A stretch of 64,000 bases of DNA from Leucoraja ocellata. Taxonomy: Eukaryota. Position numbers and translations under genes: made by a program. The stretch is from contig JAWMAR010000471.1 of assembly GCA_036785375.1 (NCBI GenBank), positions 124,001 to 188,000 on the forward strand, read 5' to 3'. The notes below the pieces were generated by a model. That model saw only the letters and a list, made by a program, of their open reading frames with translations, was not told the DNA's origin and did not search any database. Of this stretch, positions 36,906 through 50,281 are shown piece by piece. Position 1 is the stretch's first letter, and the number at the start of each line of letters is the position of its first letter.

Positions 36906-37722
36906 CACGGTGGCTCAGAATTGGGCTGAGCCTGTACAAAAACTATCAGAGATCCCCGTTAGTTTGCAGCGCGTTTGTCAGCATCGGCGCGCCCTTGTTG
37001 ATCGCTGCACCCGTCCCAACGCCAGTGTGTTTGCTGTCATTAATACTCGATTTTTAAATATTAAAAAACCCCATGGTAATTGGGTTGAAGAATAGCTTCT
37101 AACAAACAAATATTAGGTTTTTGAGCCCTACATCGCAATAAAAGATGAACTATGAAATGTATTCGCTTGCATTAAGCACTTCATGCATCTTATGCCCATG
37201 GACCTAGTTGTTAATTTATTGAATTTTGTTTATTACAAGGACTTTGGGACTTTTGCCTTCCATCCCCGTGAGGAGGTGCCTGTTGGACTCACTGTGGTGG
37301 ATGTTAAAACTGTGTTGAGTGTGTGTTTTGTTATTTTATTTTATGTTATGACAGCTCGGTTAAACCATTTCGTTGTACTGTAAATGTGCAATGACAATAA
37401 AGTCGAATCTAATCTAATCTAATCTAATCTAATTATATATTGTACTTCCGGCCTTGCCCCTCCTGTGACGTCATGGAACAGAAAACAAAGGAGGTTTGAG
37501 ATGATTAGGCAACAAAAGCAGTGATGTGATTGGCGGAATTAAGATACTGAGTGAATTCAGGGAGTTGGAGAACAAATTAGCTCCGCGCCGACGGGATGTG
37601 ACGTTGTCAAGAATAAGCCAATGAATGAAGAGCCTAGACCACACCCCTTTCACAATATCAGATTAAACCTATTTCCGGGTGAGACCATTTTAGTTCATAT
37701 TCACTCTCAATGCAATTACAAC

Positions 37723-38497
37723 ATGCTGTCCTTGACAGTGTATTGGCTTCTTACAGCTGCAGCTCTCTTAACCGGTAAGTTCACCACCTTTCCAACAATG
37801 TAGGCCACGATATTTAATCAACCAAATGCCTTGAATGCAACGCAACGACTTTAGAAAGGGAGTCCGTATGAGGACAGTAAACGCAGAGCACATTAGCAAA
37901 AAAGTTGCAGTTTCACAATAATTGATGTTCGGAAATTCGAGGTGAGTTTCCAGGTTAATTGTTGGAAAGCAGCCCCGACGGAGAAGCATCGTAGAGTCAG
38001 AACACACCGGTGGTTCACGCACGCGTGATCTACGATTCCCTTTTCCCTCCCCGGAAGCAATAACGACGTCTAGTCCGATGTAACGGGTTGGATTATCATT
38101 AAAGATACATGTATTCGGTAATTCCCAGCGCCTTCTGAAGTATGAGCTGAATTAGGTGATGTTGTGTTATTTTCCCCCGGACTCTTGCAGGGAATTGTCG
38201 AGGCGACACCGTTTCTCAGACACCGGCAGCGGTTACAGTGAGTGAAGGGGAGAATGCAAAATTGAACTGCAACTATACAGCTACAAGCTTGAATAATCTT
38301 GGACTAATCTGGTACCGTCAGTATCCCGGCGGATCCCTTGAGTTTCTGCTGCTCAGAACGACATACAAAGGCGGCGAGAAGAACAATGCCGGGCACCGTT
38401 TTGCTGCGGAGCTCAACCATTCGAAAGGAACGGTCTCGCTGACGGTGTCACAAACGCGGCTCCGAGACTCGGCGATGTATTACTGCGCTCTGAACCC
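37723..38497 (+). CDS. TRAV: V19: TCR alpha/delta V, family C, intact (shortened intron)
   Basis: Leader 37723-37774; V exon 38191-38497. RSS CACGGAG at 38498-38536. Confidence 0.9.
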
Positions 38498-39305
38498 CAC
38501 GGAGACGCAGAATTGGGCTGAGCCTGTACAAAAACTACAAGTGCACCCACTGACGTATCACCCCGTAAGCACAACTTTCTCAGCATCGGCGCGTCCTCGT
38601 AGATTGCTGCACCCGTCCCAACGCCAGTGTGTTTTGCTGTCATTAATACACGATTTTTAAATATTAAAAAAAACCCATGATAGTTGGCTTGAAGAATAGC
38701 TTCTAACAAACAAATATTAGGTTTTTGAGCCCGACACCGCACTAAAAGATGAACTATGAAATGTATTCGCTTACATTAAGCACTTCATGCATCTTCTGCA
38801 CATGGACCTAGTTGTTAATTTATTGAATTTTGTTTATTACAAGGACTTTGGGACTTTTGCCTTCCATCCCCGTGAGGAGGTGTCTGTTGGACTCACTGTG
38901 GTGGGTGTTAAAACTGTGTTGAGTGTGTGTTTTTATTCTATGTTATGACAGCTCGGTTAAACCATTTCTTTGTACTGTAAATGTGCAATGACAATAAAGT
39001 TGAATCTAATCTAATCTAATCTAATTATATATTGTACTTCCGGTCTTGCCCCTCCTGTGTCGTCATGGAACAGTACGTAAAGGAGGTTTGAGATGATTGC
39101 GCACCAAAAGCAGTGATGTGTTTGGCAGAATTAAGAAACTTCGGGGAGTTGGTGAACAAATTAGCTCCGCGCAGACAGGATGTGACGCTGTCACGAATAA
39201 GCCAATGAATGAAGAACATCGACACACCCCTTTCACAATATCAGATTAAACCTGTTTCCGGGTGAGACCATTTCAGTTCATATTCACTCTCAATGCCATT
39301 ACAAC

Positions 39306-40164
39306 ATGCTGGCCTTGACAATGTATTGGCTTCTTACAGCTGCAGCTCTCTTAACCGGTAAGTTCATCAGGATTCCAATCATGGAGGGCATGATATTTAT
39401 TCAACCAATTACTTTGAATGCAACACAACGACTTTAGAAAATGAGTCCGTATGAGGACAGTAAACGCAGAGCACATTAGGAAAAAAGATGCAGTTTCACA
39501 ATAATTGATGTTCGGAAATTCGAGGTGAGTTTCCAGGTTAATTGTTGGAAAGCAGCCCCGACGCAGAAGCATCGTAGCGTTAGAACACACCGGTGGTTCA
39601 CGCACGAGTGATCTACGATTTCCCCCTTCCTCCCCGTAAGCAATAACGACGTCCAGTCCGATGGAACGGGTTGGATTATCTTTAAAGATCAATTTATTCA
39701 GTAATTTTCCAGCGCCTTTTCGCCCATATTTATTTATTTTTTAGAGGAGAGATATGTTTGATGTCATTGTACCTCATATCAGTATCAGGATGATGGATAT
39801 TCTGAAGTATGAGCTGAATTAGGTGATGTTGTGTTATTTTTGCCCGCAATCTTGCAGGGAATTGTCGAGGCGACGCCGTTTCTCAGACACCGGCAGCGTT
39901 TACAGTGAGTGAAGGGGAGGATACAAAATTGAGCTGCAACTATACAGCTACAAACTCGAACAATGCTGGTTTTATCTGGTACCGTCAGTATCCCGGCGGA
40001 TCCCTTGAATTTCTGCTGCTCAGAACGAAATACGAAGCCGCCCCGAAGAACAATGCCGGTGAACGCTTCTCTGCGGAGCTCGACCTTTTAACAGGAACGT
40101 TCCCGCTGACGTTGTCACTAACGCGGCTCCGAGACTCGGCGATGTATTACTGCGCTCTGAGCCC
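39306..40164 (+). CDS. TRAV: V20: TCR alpha/delta V, family C, intact
   Basis: Leader 39306-39357; V exon 39858-40164. RSS CACGGAG at 40165-40203. Confidence 0.9.
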
Positions 40165-41099
40165 CACGGAGGCGCAGAATTGGGCTGAGCCCGTACAAAA
40201 ACTCCAAGGGCACCCAGTCACGTATCAGCGCGTGGAACTGTGTCAGCGTCGGCCCTTCCTCGCTGAATGCAGCATCCGTCCCACCGCCTGTATGTACCAG
40301 CAGCTTCTCATATTTAAACATTAGGTCCCTGAACAATACACAGCAGTAACAGATGAGCAATGAACTGTCTTCGGTTGCACTAAGCACTTCATGCCTTTCG
40401 TGTACATGAATGTTGTTGTTTATTTATTGAATTTTGTTTATTATATATTATACTTCAGACCTTGCCCCTCCTGTGACGCCATGGAGCAGAAAACATAGGA
40501 GGTTTGAGATGATTGGGCAACAACAGGAAGCGAGCGGGCAAGATAATCTCTGACCACTCTCACACTGGCGACAAACTCTTTGAATCACTTCCCTCAGGAA
40601 GGCGAATCCGGACTGTCAAAGCTGCCACAGACAGACATAAAACAGTTTTTATCCACGAGTAGTTACTCTACTCAACAGTCAAACATCTGTAGCCTCCCTT
40701 TGATCTGGTATTTTGTTGGTTCACATGCTTGATCAATGGTGTTTTATCATGAATGCTTTATTATTATCAATGTTTAGTGTTTTCTGCGTCATTCGTAACT
40801 GTCACCGTATGTTATGTTGTTACTTGTGGGCGGAGCTCCAAGGCATATTCCTTGTATGTGAATACTTGGCCAATAAATTTACTTACTTACAAAAGCAGTG
40901 ATGTGATTGGCGGAATTAAGAAACTGAGTGAATTCGGGGAGTTGGAGAACAAATTAGCTCCACGCCGACGGGACGTGACGCTGTCAAGAATAAGCCAATG
41001 AATGAAGAGCCTAGACCACAGCTCTTTTACAATACCAGATTAAACCTGTTTCCGGGTGAGACCATTTCAGTTCATATTCACTCTCAATGCAATTACAAC

Positions 41100-41957
41100 A
41101 TGCTGGCCTTGACAATGTATTGGCTTCTTACAGCTGCAGCTCTCTTAACCGGTAAGTTCACCACATTTCCAATAATGTAGGGCACCATATTTATTCAACC
41201 AAATACCTTGAATGCAACACAACGACTTTAGAAAGGGAGTCCGTATGTGGACAGTAAACGCAGAGCACATTAGGAAAAAAGATGCAGTTTCCCAGTAATT
41301 GATGTTCGGAAATTTGAGGTGAGTTTCCAGGTTAATTGTTGGAAGGCAGCGCCGACGGAGAAGCATCGTAGAGTTAGAACACACCGGTGGTTCACGCACG
41401 AGTGATCTACGATTCCCCTTTTCCTCCCAGGATGCAAAAACGACGTCCAGTCCGATGGAACGGGTTGGATTATCATTAAAGATAAATTTATTCGGTAATT
41501 CCCAGCGCCTTTCCGCCCATCTTTATTTAGCTTTTAGCGGTGGGTTATGTTTGATGTGATTGTACCTCACATCAGTACCAGGACGAGGACTATTCTGAAG
41601 TATGAGCTGAATTAGGTGATGTTGTGTTATTTATCCCCGCTCACTTGCAGGTAATTGTCGAGGCGACGCCGTTTCTCAGACACCGGCAGCGGTTACAGTG
41701 AGTGAAGGGGATGACGCACAGTTGAACTGCAACTATACAGCTACAAGCACGAACCCTCCTGGACTAATCTGGTACCGTCAGTATCCCGACGGATCCCTTG
41801 AGTTTCTGCTGCTCAGAACGACATACAAAGGCGGCGAGAAGAACAGTGCCGAGGACCGTTTTTCTGCTGAGCTCAACCATTCGACAGGAACGGTCCCGCT
41901 GAAGGTGTCACAAACGCGGCTCCGAGACTCGGCGACATATTACTGCGCTCTGAACCC
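41100..41957 (+). CDS. TRAV: V21: TCR alpha/delta V, family C, intact
   Basis: Leader 41100-41151; V exon 41651-41957. RSS CACGGTG at 41958-41996. Confidence 0.92.
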
Positions 41958-42757
41958 CACGGTGGCTCAGAATTGGGCTGAGCCTGTACAAAAACTATCA
42001 GAGATCCCCTTCAGTTTGCAGCGCGTTTGTCAGCATCGGCGCGCCCTTGTTGATTGCTGCAACCGTGTCAACGCCAGTGTGTTTGCTGTCATTAATACAA
42101 GATTTTTAAATATTAAAAAACCCCATGGTAATTGGGTTGAAGAATAGCTTCTAACAAACAAATATTAGGTGTTTGAGCCCTACACCGCATTAAAAGATGA
42201 ACTGTGGAAAGTATTCGGTTGCATTAAGAACTTCATGTATTTTATGCACATGGACCTGGTTGTTAATTTATTACATTTTGTTTATTGCAAGGACTTTGGA
42301 ACTTTTGCCTTCCATCACACTGAGGAGGTGCCTGGTGGACTCACTGTGGTGGATGTTAAAATTGTGTTGAGTGTGTGTTTTTATTCTATGTTATGACAGC
42401 TCGGTTAAACCACCTCGTTGTACTGTAAATATGCAATAAAGGTGAATCTAATCTAATCTAATCTAATTATATATTGTACTTCCGGCCTTGCCCCTCCTGT
42501 GACGTAATTGGACCAGAAATCAAAGGAGGTGTGAGATGACTGGGCAACAAAAGCAGTGATGTGATTGGCGGAATTAAGAAACAGAGTGAATTCGGGGAGT
42601 TGGAGAACAAATTAGCTCCGCGCCGACGGGATGTGACGCTATCAAGAATAAGCCAATGAATGAAGAACATGGACCACACCCCTTTCACAATATCAGATTA
42701 AACCTGTTTCCGGGTGAGACCATTTCAGTTCATATTCACTCTCAATGCAATTACAAC

Positions 42758-43549
42758 ATGCTGGCCTTGACAATGTATTGGCTTCTTACAGCTGCAGCTC
42801 TCTTAACCGGTAAGTTCACCACGTTTCCAATAATGAAGGGCATGATATTTAATCAACCAAATACCTTGAATGCAAAACAACGACTTTAGAAAGAGAGTCC
42901 GTATGACGCCTGTAAACGCAGAGCACATTAGGAAAAAAGACTCAGTTTCACAGTAATTGATGTTCGGAAATTCTAGGTGAGTTTCCAGGTTAATTGTTGG
43001 AAAGCAGCCGCGATGGTGAAGCATCATATAGTTAGAACACACCGGTGGTTCACGGACGAGTGATCTACGATTTCCCCCTTCCTCCCCGGAAGCAATAACG
43101 ACGTCCAGTCCGATGAAACAGGTTGGATTATCTTTAAAGATCATTTTATTCGGTAATTCCCAGCGCCTTTCCGCCCATCTTCATTTAGCTATTAGGGGAG
43201 GGGTATGTTTGATGTCATTGTACCTCATATCAGTATCATGATGAAGGGTATTCTGAAGTATGAGCTGAATTAGGTGATGTTGTGTTATTTATACCCGGAC
43301 TCTTGCAGGGAATTGTCGAGGCGACGCCGTTTCTCAGTCACCGGCAGCGGTTACAGTGAGTGAAGGGGATGATACAAAATTGAGCTGCAACTATACAGTT
43401 ACAAGCACGGGCAGCTCTGGAATAATCTGGTACCGTCAGTATCCCGGCGGATCCCTTGAGTTTCTGCTGCTCAGAACGACATACAAAGGCGGCGAGGTGT
43501 CACAAACGCGGCTCTGAGATTCGGCGACGTATTACTGCGCTCTGAACCC
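42758..43549 (+). pseudogene. TRAV: V22: family C pseudogene (66-nt in-frame deletion + stop)
   Basis: Leader 42758-42809; exon 43309-43549. ggcggcgag|gtgtcacaa lacks 22 codons, and CGA>TGA at 43515-43517. RSS 43550-43588 intact. Confidence 0.9.
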
Positions 43550-44353
43550 CACGGTGGCTCAGAATTGGGCTGAGCCTCTACAAAAACTATTAGAGATGCC
43601 CGTCAGTTTGCAGCGCGTTTGTCAGCATCGGCGCGCCCTCGTTGAATGCTGCACCCGTCCCAACGCCAGTGTGTTTGCTGTCATTAATACACGATTTTTA
43701 AATATTAAAAACCCCCATGATAATTGGGTTGAAGAATAGCTTCTAACAAACAAATATTAGGTTCTTGAACCCTACACCGCACAAAAAGATGAACTATGAA
43801 ATGTCTTCGGTTGCATTAAGCACTTCATGCATCTTATGCACATGGACCTGGTTGTTAATTTATTGAATTTTGTTTATTACAAGGACTTTGGGACTTTTGC
43901 CTTCCATCACAGTGAGGAGGTGTCTGTTGGACTCACAGTGGTGGATGTTAAAACTGTGTTGAGTGTGAGTTTTGTTATTTTATTCTATGTTATGACAGCT
44001 CGGTTAAACCATTTCTTTGTAATGTAAATGTGCCATGACAATAAAGTTGAATGTAATCTAATCTAATCTAATTATATATTGTACTTCCGGTCTTGCCCCT
44101 CCTGTGACGCCCTGGAACAGAAAAGAAAGGACGTTTGAAATGATTGGGCAACAAAAGCAGTGATGTGATTGGCAGAATTAAGAAACTTCGGGGAGCTGGA
44201 GAACAAATTAGCTCCGCGCTGACGGGATGTGACGCTGTCAAGTATAAGGCAATGAATGAAGTACCTAGACCACAGCTCTTTTACAATATCAGATTAAACC
44301 TGTTTCCGGGTGAGACCATTTCAGTTCATATTCACTCTCAATGCAATTACAAC

Positions 44354-45211
44354 ATGCTGGCCTTGACAATGTATTGGCTTCTTACAGCTGCAGCTTTCTT
44401 AACCGGTAAGTTCACCACGTTTCCAATAATGTAGGGCATGATATTTATTCAACCAAATATCTTGAATGTAACACAACGACTTTAGAAAACGAGTCCGTAT
44501 GACGACAGTAAACGCAGAGCACATTAGGAAAAAAAGATGCAGTTTCACAGTAATTGATGTTCTGAAATTCGAGGTGAGTTTCCAGGTTAATTGTTGGAAA
44601 GCAGCCGCGACGGTGAAGCATCGGAGAGCGTGAACACACCGGTGGTTCACGCACGAGTGATCTACGATTCCCCTCTTCCCCCCCGAAACAATAACGACGT
44701 CCAGTACGCTGAAACGGGTTGGATTATCTTTAAAGATCAATTTATTCGATAATTCCCAGCGCCTTTTCGCCCATCTTTATTTAGCTTTTAGAGGAGGGGT
44801 ATGTTTGATGTCATTGTACCTCATATCAGTATCAAGATGAGGGGTATTCTGACGTTTGAGCTGAATTAGGTGATGTTGTGTTATTTATCCCCGGACTCTT
44901 GCAGGGAATTGTGGAGGCGACGCCGTTTCTCAGACACCGGCAGCAGTTACAGTGAGTGAAGGGGATGAAGCACAGTTGAACTGCAGTTATACAGCTGCAA
45001 GCTTGAACAATCCTGGTCTTATCTGGTACCGTCAGTATCCCGGCGGATCCCTTGAGTTTCTGCTGCTCAGAACGAAATACAAAGGCGGCGAGAAGAACAA
45101 TGCCGGGGAACGTTTCTCTGCGGAGCTCAACCATTCGACAGGAACGGTCCCGCTGACGGTGTCACAAACGCGGCTCCGAGACTCGGCGATGTATTACTGC
45201 GCTCTGAACCC
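44354..45211 (+). pseudogene. TRAV: V23: family C V, open ORF, RSS broken (no nonamer)
   Basis: Leader 44354-44405; exon 44905-45211. Heptamer CACGGTG at 45212-45218 plus 11 nt of spacer, then duplicated sequence. Confidence 0.88.
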
Positions 45212-45226
45212 CACGGTGGCTCAGAA

Positions 45227-47391
45227 TTGTTGATCGCTGCACCCGTCCCAACGCCAGTGTGTTTGCTGTCATTAATACTCGATTTTTAAATATTAAAAAA
45301 CCCCATGGTAATTGGGTTGAAGAATAGCTTCTAACAAACAAATATTAGGTTTTTGAGCCCTACATCGCAATAAAAGATGAACTATGAAATGTATTCGCTT
45401 GCATTAAGCACTTCATGCATCTTATGCCCATGGACCTAGTTGTTAATTTATTGAATTTTGTTTATTACAAGGACTTTGGGACTTTTGCCTTCCATCCCCG
45501 TGAGGAGGTGCCTGTTGGACTCACTGTGGTGGATGTTAAAACTGTGTTGAGTGTGTGTTTTGTTATTTTATTTTATGTTATGACAGCTCGGTTAAACCAT
45601 TTCGTTGTACTGTAAATGTGCAATGACAATAAAGTCGAATCTAATCTAATCTAATCTAATCTAATTATATATTGTACTTCCGGCCTTGCCCCTCCTGTGA
45701 CGTCATGGAACAGAAAACAAAGGAGGTTTGAGATGATTAGGCAACAAAAGCAGTGATGTGATTGGCGGAATTAAGATACTGAGTGAATTCAGGGAGTTGG
45801 AGAACAAATTAGCTCCGCGCCGACGGGATGTGACGTTGTCAAGAATAAGCCAATGAATGAAGAGCCTAGACCACACCCCTTTCACAATATCAGATTAAAC
45901 CTATTTCCGGGTGAGACCATTTTAGTTCATATTCACTCTCAATGCAATTACAACATGCTGTCCTTGACAGTGTATTGGCTTCTTACAGCTGCAGCTCTCT
46001 TAACCGGTAAGTTCACCACCTTTCCAACAATGTAGGCCACGATATTTAATCAACCAAATGCCTTGAATGCAACGCAACGACTTTAGAAAGGGAGTCCGTA
46101 TGAGGACAGTAAACGCAGAGCACATTAGCAAAAAAGTTGCAGTTTCACAATAATTGATGTTCGGAAATTCGAGGTGAGTTTCCAGGTTAATTGTTGGAAA
46201 GCAGCCCCGACGGAGAAGCATCGTAGAGTCAGAACACACCGGTGGTTCACGCACGCGTGATCTACGATTCCCTTTTCCCTCCCCGGAAGCAATAACGACG
46301 TCTAGTCCGATGTAACGGGTTGGATTATCATTAAAGATACATGTATTCGGTAATTCCCAGCGCCTTCTGAAGTATGAGCTGAATTAGGTGATGTTGTGTT
46401 ATTTTCCCCCGGACTCTTGCAGGGAATTGTCGAGGCGACACCGTTTCTCAGACACCGGCAGCGGTTACAGTGAGTGAAGGGGAGAATGCAAAATTGAACT
46501 GCAACTATACAGCTACAAGCTTGAATAATCTTGGACTAATCTGGTACCGTCAGTATCCCGGCGGATCCCTTGAGTTTCTGCTGCTCAGAACGACATACAA
46601 AGGCGGCGAGAAGAACAATGCCGGGCACCGTTTTGCTGCGGAGCTCAACCATTCGAAAGGAACGGTCTCGCTGACGGTGTCACAAACGCGGCTCCGAGAC
46701 TCGGCGATGTATTACTGCGCTCTGAACCCCACGGAGACGCAGAATTGGGCTGAGCCTGTACAAAAACTACAAGTGCACCCACTGACGTATCACCCCGTAA
46801 GCACAACTTTCTCAGCATCGGCGCGTCCTCGTAGATTGCTGCACCCGTCCCAACGCCAGTGTGTTTTGCTGTCATTAATACACGATTTTTAAATATTAAA
46901 AAAAACCCATGATAGTTGGCTTGAAGAATAGCTTCTAACAAACAAATATTAGGTTTTTGAGCCCGACACCGCACTAAAAGATGAACTATGAAATGTATTC
47001 GCTTACATTAAGCACTTCATGCATCTTCTGCACATGGACCTAGTTGTTAATTTATTGAATTTTGTTTATTACAAGGACTTTGGGACTTTTGCCTTCCATC
47101 CCCGTGAGGAGGTGTCTGTTGGACTCACTGTGGTGGGTGTTAAAACTGTGTTGAGTGTGTGTTTTTATTCTATGTTATGACAGCTCGGTTAAACCATTTC
47201 TTTGTACTGTAAATGTGCAATGACAATAAAGTTGAATCTAATCTAATCTAATCTAATTATATATTGTACTTCCGGTCTTGCCCCTCCTGTGTCGTCATGG
47301 AACAGTACGTAAAGGAGGTTTGAGATGATTGCGCACCAAAAGCAGTGATGTGTTTGGCAGAATTAAGAAACTTCGGGGAGTTGGTGAACAA
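45227..47391 (+). repeat. Near-exact 2165-bp copy of 36995-39159 (offset 8232)
   Basis: All ORFs in the track are identical at +8232, with shared private variants and the same intron deletion. Confidence 0.92.
45955..46729 (+). CDS. TRAV: V24: family C V, duplicate of V19
   Basis: Leader 45955-46006; V exon 46423-46729; RSS 46730-46768. Translation identical to V19. Confidence 0.88.
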
Positions 47392-47393
47392 CT

Positions 47394-47427
47394 TGGCGCA
47401 GAATTGGGCTGGGCCCGTACAAAAACT
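47394..47427 (+). promoter_or_regulatory. Orphan RSS remnant (spacer + nonamer, no heptamer or V)
   Basis: tg gcgcagaattgggctgggcccgt ACAAAAACT, followed by the normal V-downstream flank. Confidence 0.85.
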
Positions 47428-47725
47428 ATCAGAGATGCCCGTGAGTTTGCAGCGCGTTTGTCAGCATCGGCGCGCCCTTGTTGATTGCTGCACCCGTCCC
47501 AACGCCAGTGTGTTTGCTGTCATTAATACACGATTTTTAAATATTAAAATCCCCCATGATAATTGGGTTGAAGAATAGCTTCTAACAAGCAAATATTAGG
47601 TTATTGAACACTACACAGCACAATATCAGATTAAACCTGTTTCCGGGTGAGACCATTGCAGTTCATATTCACTCTCAATGCAATTACAACATTCAGATTC
47701 AGATTCAGATTCAATTTTAATTAAC

Positions 47726-48424
47726 ATGCTGGCCTTGACAATGTATTGGCTTCTTACAGCTGCAGCTCTCTTAACCGGTAAGTTCTCCACGTTTCCAATA
47801 ATGTAGGGCATGATATTTAATCAACCAAATACCTTGAATGCAAAACAACGACTTTAGAAAGAGAGTCCGTGTGACGCTTGTAAACGATGAGCACATTATG
47901 AAAAAACTCAGTTTCACAGTAATTGATGTTCGGAAATTCGAGGTGAGTTTCCAGGTTAATTGTTGGAAAGCAGCCGCGATGGCGAAGCATCGGAGAGTGT
48001 GAACAAACCGATGGTTCACATACGAGTGATCTACGATTACCCCCTTCCTCCCCGGAAGCAATAACGACGTCCAGTCCAGAAAGATAAATTTTATTCGGTA
48101 ATTCTCAACTCCTTTCCGCCCATCTTTATTTAGCTTTTTGGGGAGGGGTATGTTTGATGTCATTGTACCTCATATCAGTATTAGGATGAGGGGTATTCAG
48201 AAGTATGAGCTGAATTAGATGATGTTGTGTTATTTATCCCCGGACTCTTGCAGGGAATTGTCGAGGCGACGCCGTTTCTCAGACACCAGCAGCGGTTACC
48301 GTGAGTGAAGGGGAGAATGCAAAATTGAGCTGCAACTATACATCTGCAAGCACGACCCCTCCTGGACTAATCTGGTACGGTCAGTATACCGGCGGATCCC
48401 TTGAGTTTCTGCTGCTCAGAACGA
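47726..48424 (+). pseudogene. TRAV: V25: family C V truncated at CDR2, promoter deleted
   Basis: Leader 47726-47777; exon from 48254 to ...EFLLLRT, then fused to the next promoter (attggcagaattaag). No RSS. Confidence 0.9.
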
Positions 48425-48609
48425 TTGGCAGAATTAAGAAACTTCGGGGAGCTGGAGAACAAATTAGCTCCGCGCCGACGGGATGTGACGCTGTCAAGAA
48501 TAAGCCAATGAATGAAGAGACTAGACCACACCACTTTCGCAATATCAGATTAAACCTGTTTCCGGGTGAGACCATTTCAGTTCATATTCACTCTCAATGC
48601 AATTACAAC

Positions 48610-49468
48610 ATGCTGGCCTTGACAATGTATTGGCTTCTTACAGCTGCAGCTCTCTTAACCGGTAAGTTCACCAGGTTTCCAATAATGTAGGGCACGATAT
48701 TTAATCAACCAAGTGCCTTCAATGCAACACAACGACTTTAGAAAGGGAGTCCGTATGAGGACAGTAAACGCAGAGCACATTGGGGAAAAAAGATGCAATT
48801 TCACAGTAATTGATGTTCGGAAATTTAAGGTGAGTTTACGGGTTAATTGTGGCGAAGCAGCACCGACGGAGAAGCATCGTAGAGTTAGAACACACCGGTG
48901 GTTCACGCACGAGTGATCTACGATTCCATTTTCCCACTCCTGAAGCAATAACGACGTCCAGTCCGATGGAACCGGTTGGATTATCTTTAAAGATAAATTC
49001 GTTCGGTAATTCCCAGCGCCTTTCCGCCCATCTTTATTTAGCTTTTGGGGGAGGGGTATGTTTGATGTCATTGTGCCTCATGTCAGTATCAGCATGAGGG
49101 TTATTCTGACGTATGAGCTGAATTAGGTGAAGTTGTGTTATTTATCACCGGTCTCTTGCAGGGAATTGTCGAGGCGACGCCGTTTCTCAGTCACCGGCAG
49201 CGGTTACAGTGAGTGAAGGGGATGATACAAAATTGAGCTGCACCTATACAGCTCCAAGCGCGACCTCTGCTGGACTAATCTGGTACCGTCAGTATCCCGG
49301 CGGATCCCTTGAGTTTCTGCTGCTCAGAACGACATACAAAGGCGGCGAGAAGAACAATGCCGGGGACCGTTTTTCTGCTGAGCTCAACCATTCGAAAGGA
49401 ACGGTCCCGCTGACGGTGTTACAAACGCGGCTCCGAGACTCGGCGACGTATTACTGCGCTCTAAACCC
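48610..49468 (+). CDS. TRAV: V26: TCR alpha/delta V, family C, intact
   Basis: Leader 48610-48661; V exon 49162-49468. RSS CACGGTG at 49469-49507. Confidence 0.9.
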
Positions 49469-50281
49469 CACGGTGGCTCAGAATTGGGCTGAGCCTGTAC
49501 AAAAACTATCAGAGATCCCCGTCAGTTTGCAGCGCGTTTTTCACATCGGCGCGCCCTCGCTGAATGCTGCACCCGTCCCAACGCCAATGTGTTTGCTGTC
49601 ACTAATACACGATTTTTTAAATATTTAAAAACCCCCATTATAATTGGGTTGAAGAATAGCTTCTAACAAACAAATATTAGGCTTTTGAGCCCTACACCGC
49701 ACTAAAAGATGAACTATGAAATGTATTCGGTTGCATTAAGCACTTCATGCATCTTATGCACATGGACCTACTTGTTAATTTATTGAATTTTGTTTATTAC
49801 AAGGACTTTGGGACTTTTGCCTTCCATCACAGTGAGGAGGTGTCTGTTGGACTCACTGTGGTGGATGTTAAAACTGTGTTGAGTGTGTGTTTTGTTATTT
49901 TATTCTATGTTACGACAGCTCGGTTAAACCATTTCGTTGTACTGTAAATGTGCAATGACAATAAAGTTGAATCTAATTTATTCTAATCTAATTATATATT
50001 GTACTTCCGGCCTTGCCCCTCCTGTGACGTAATTGGACCAGAAAACAAAGGAGGTTTGAGATGATTGGGCACAAAAGCAGTGATGTGATTGGCGGAATTA
50101 AGAAACTGAATGAATTCGGGGAGTTGGAGAACAAATTAGCTCCGCGCCGACGGGATGTGACGCTATCAAAAATAAGCCAATGAATGAAGATCCTAGACCA
50201 CACCCCTTTCACAATATCAGATTAAACCTGTTTCCGGGTGAGACCATTTCAGTTCATATTCACTCTCAATGCAATTACAAC

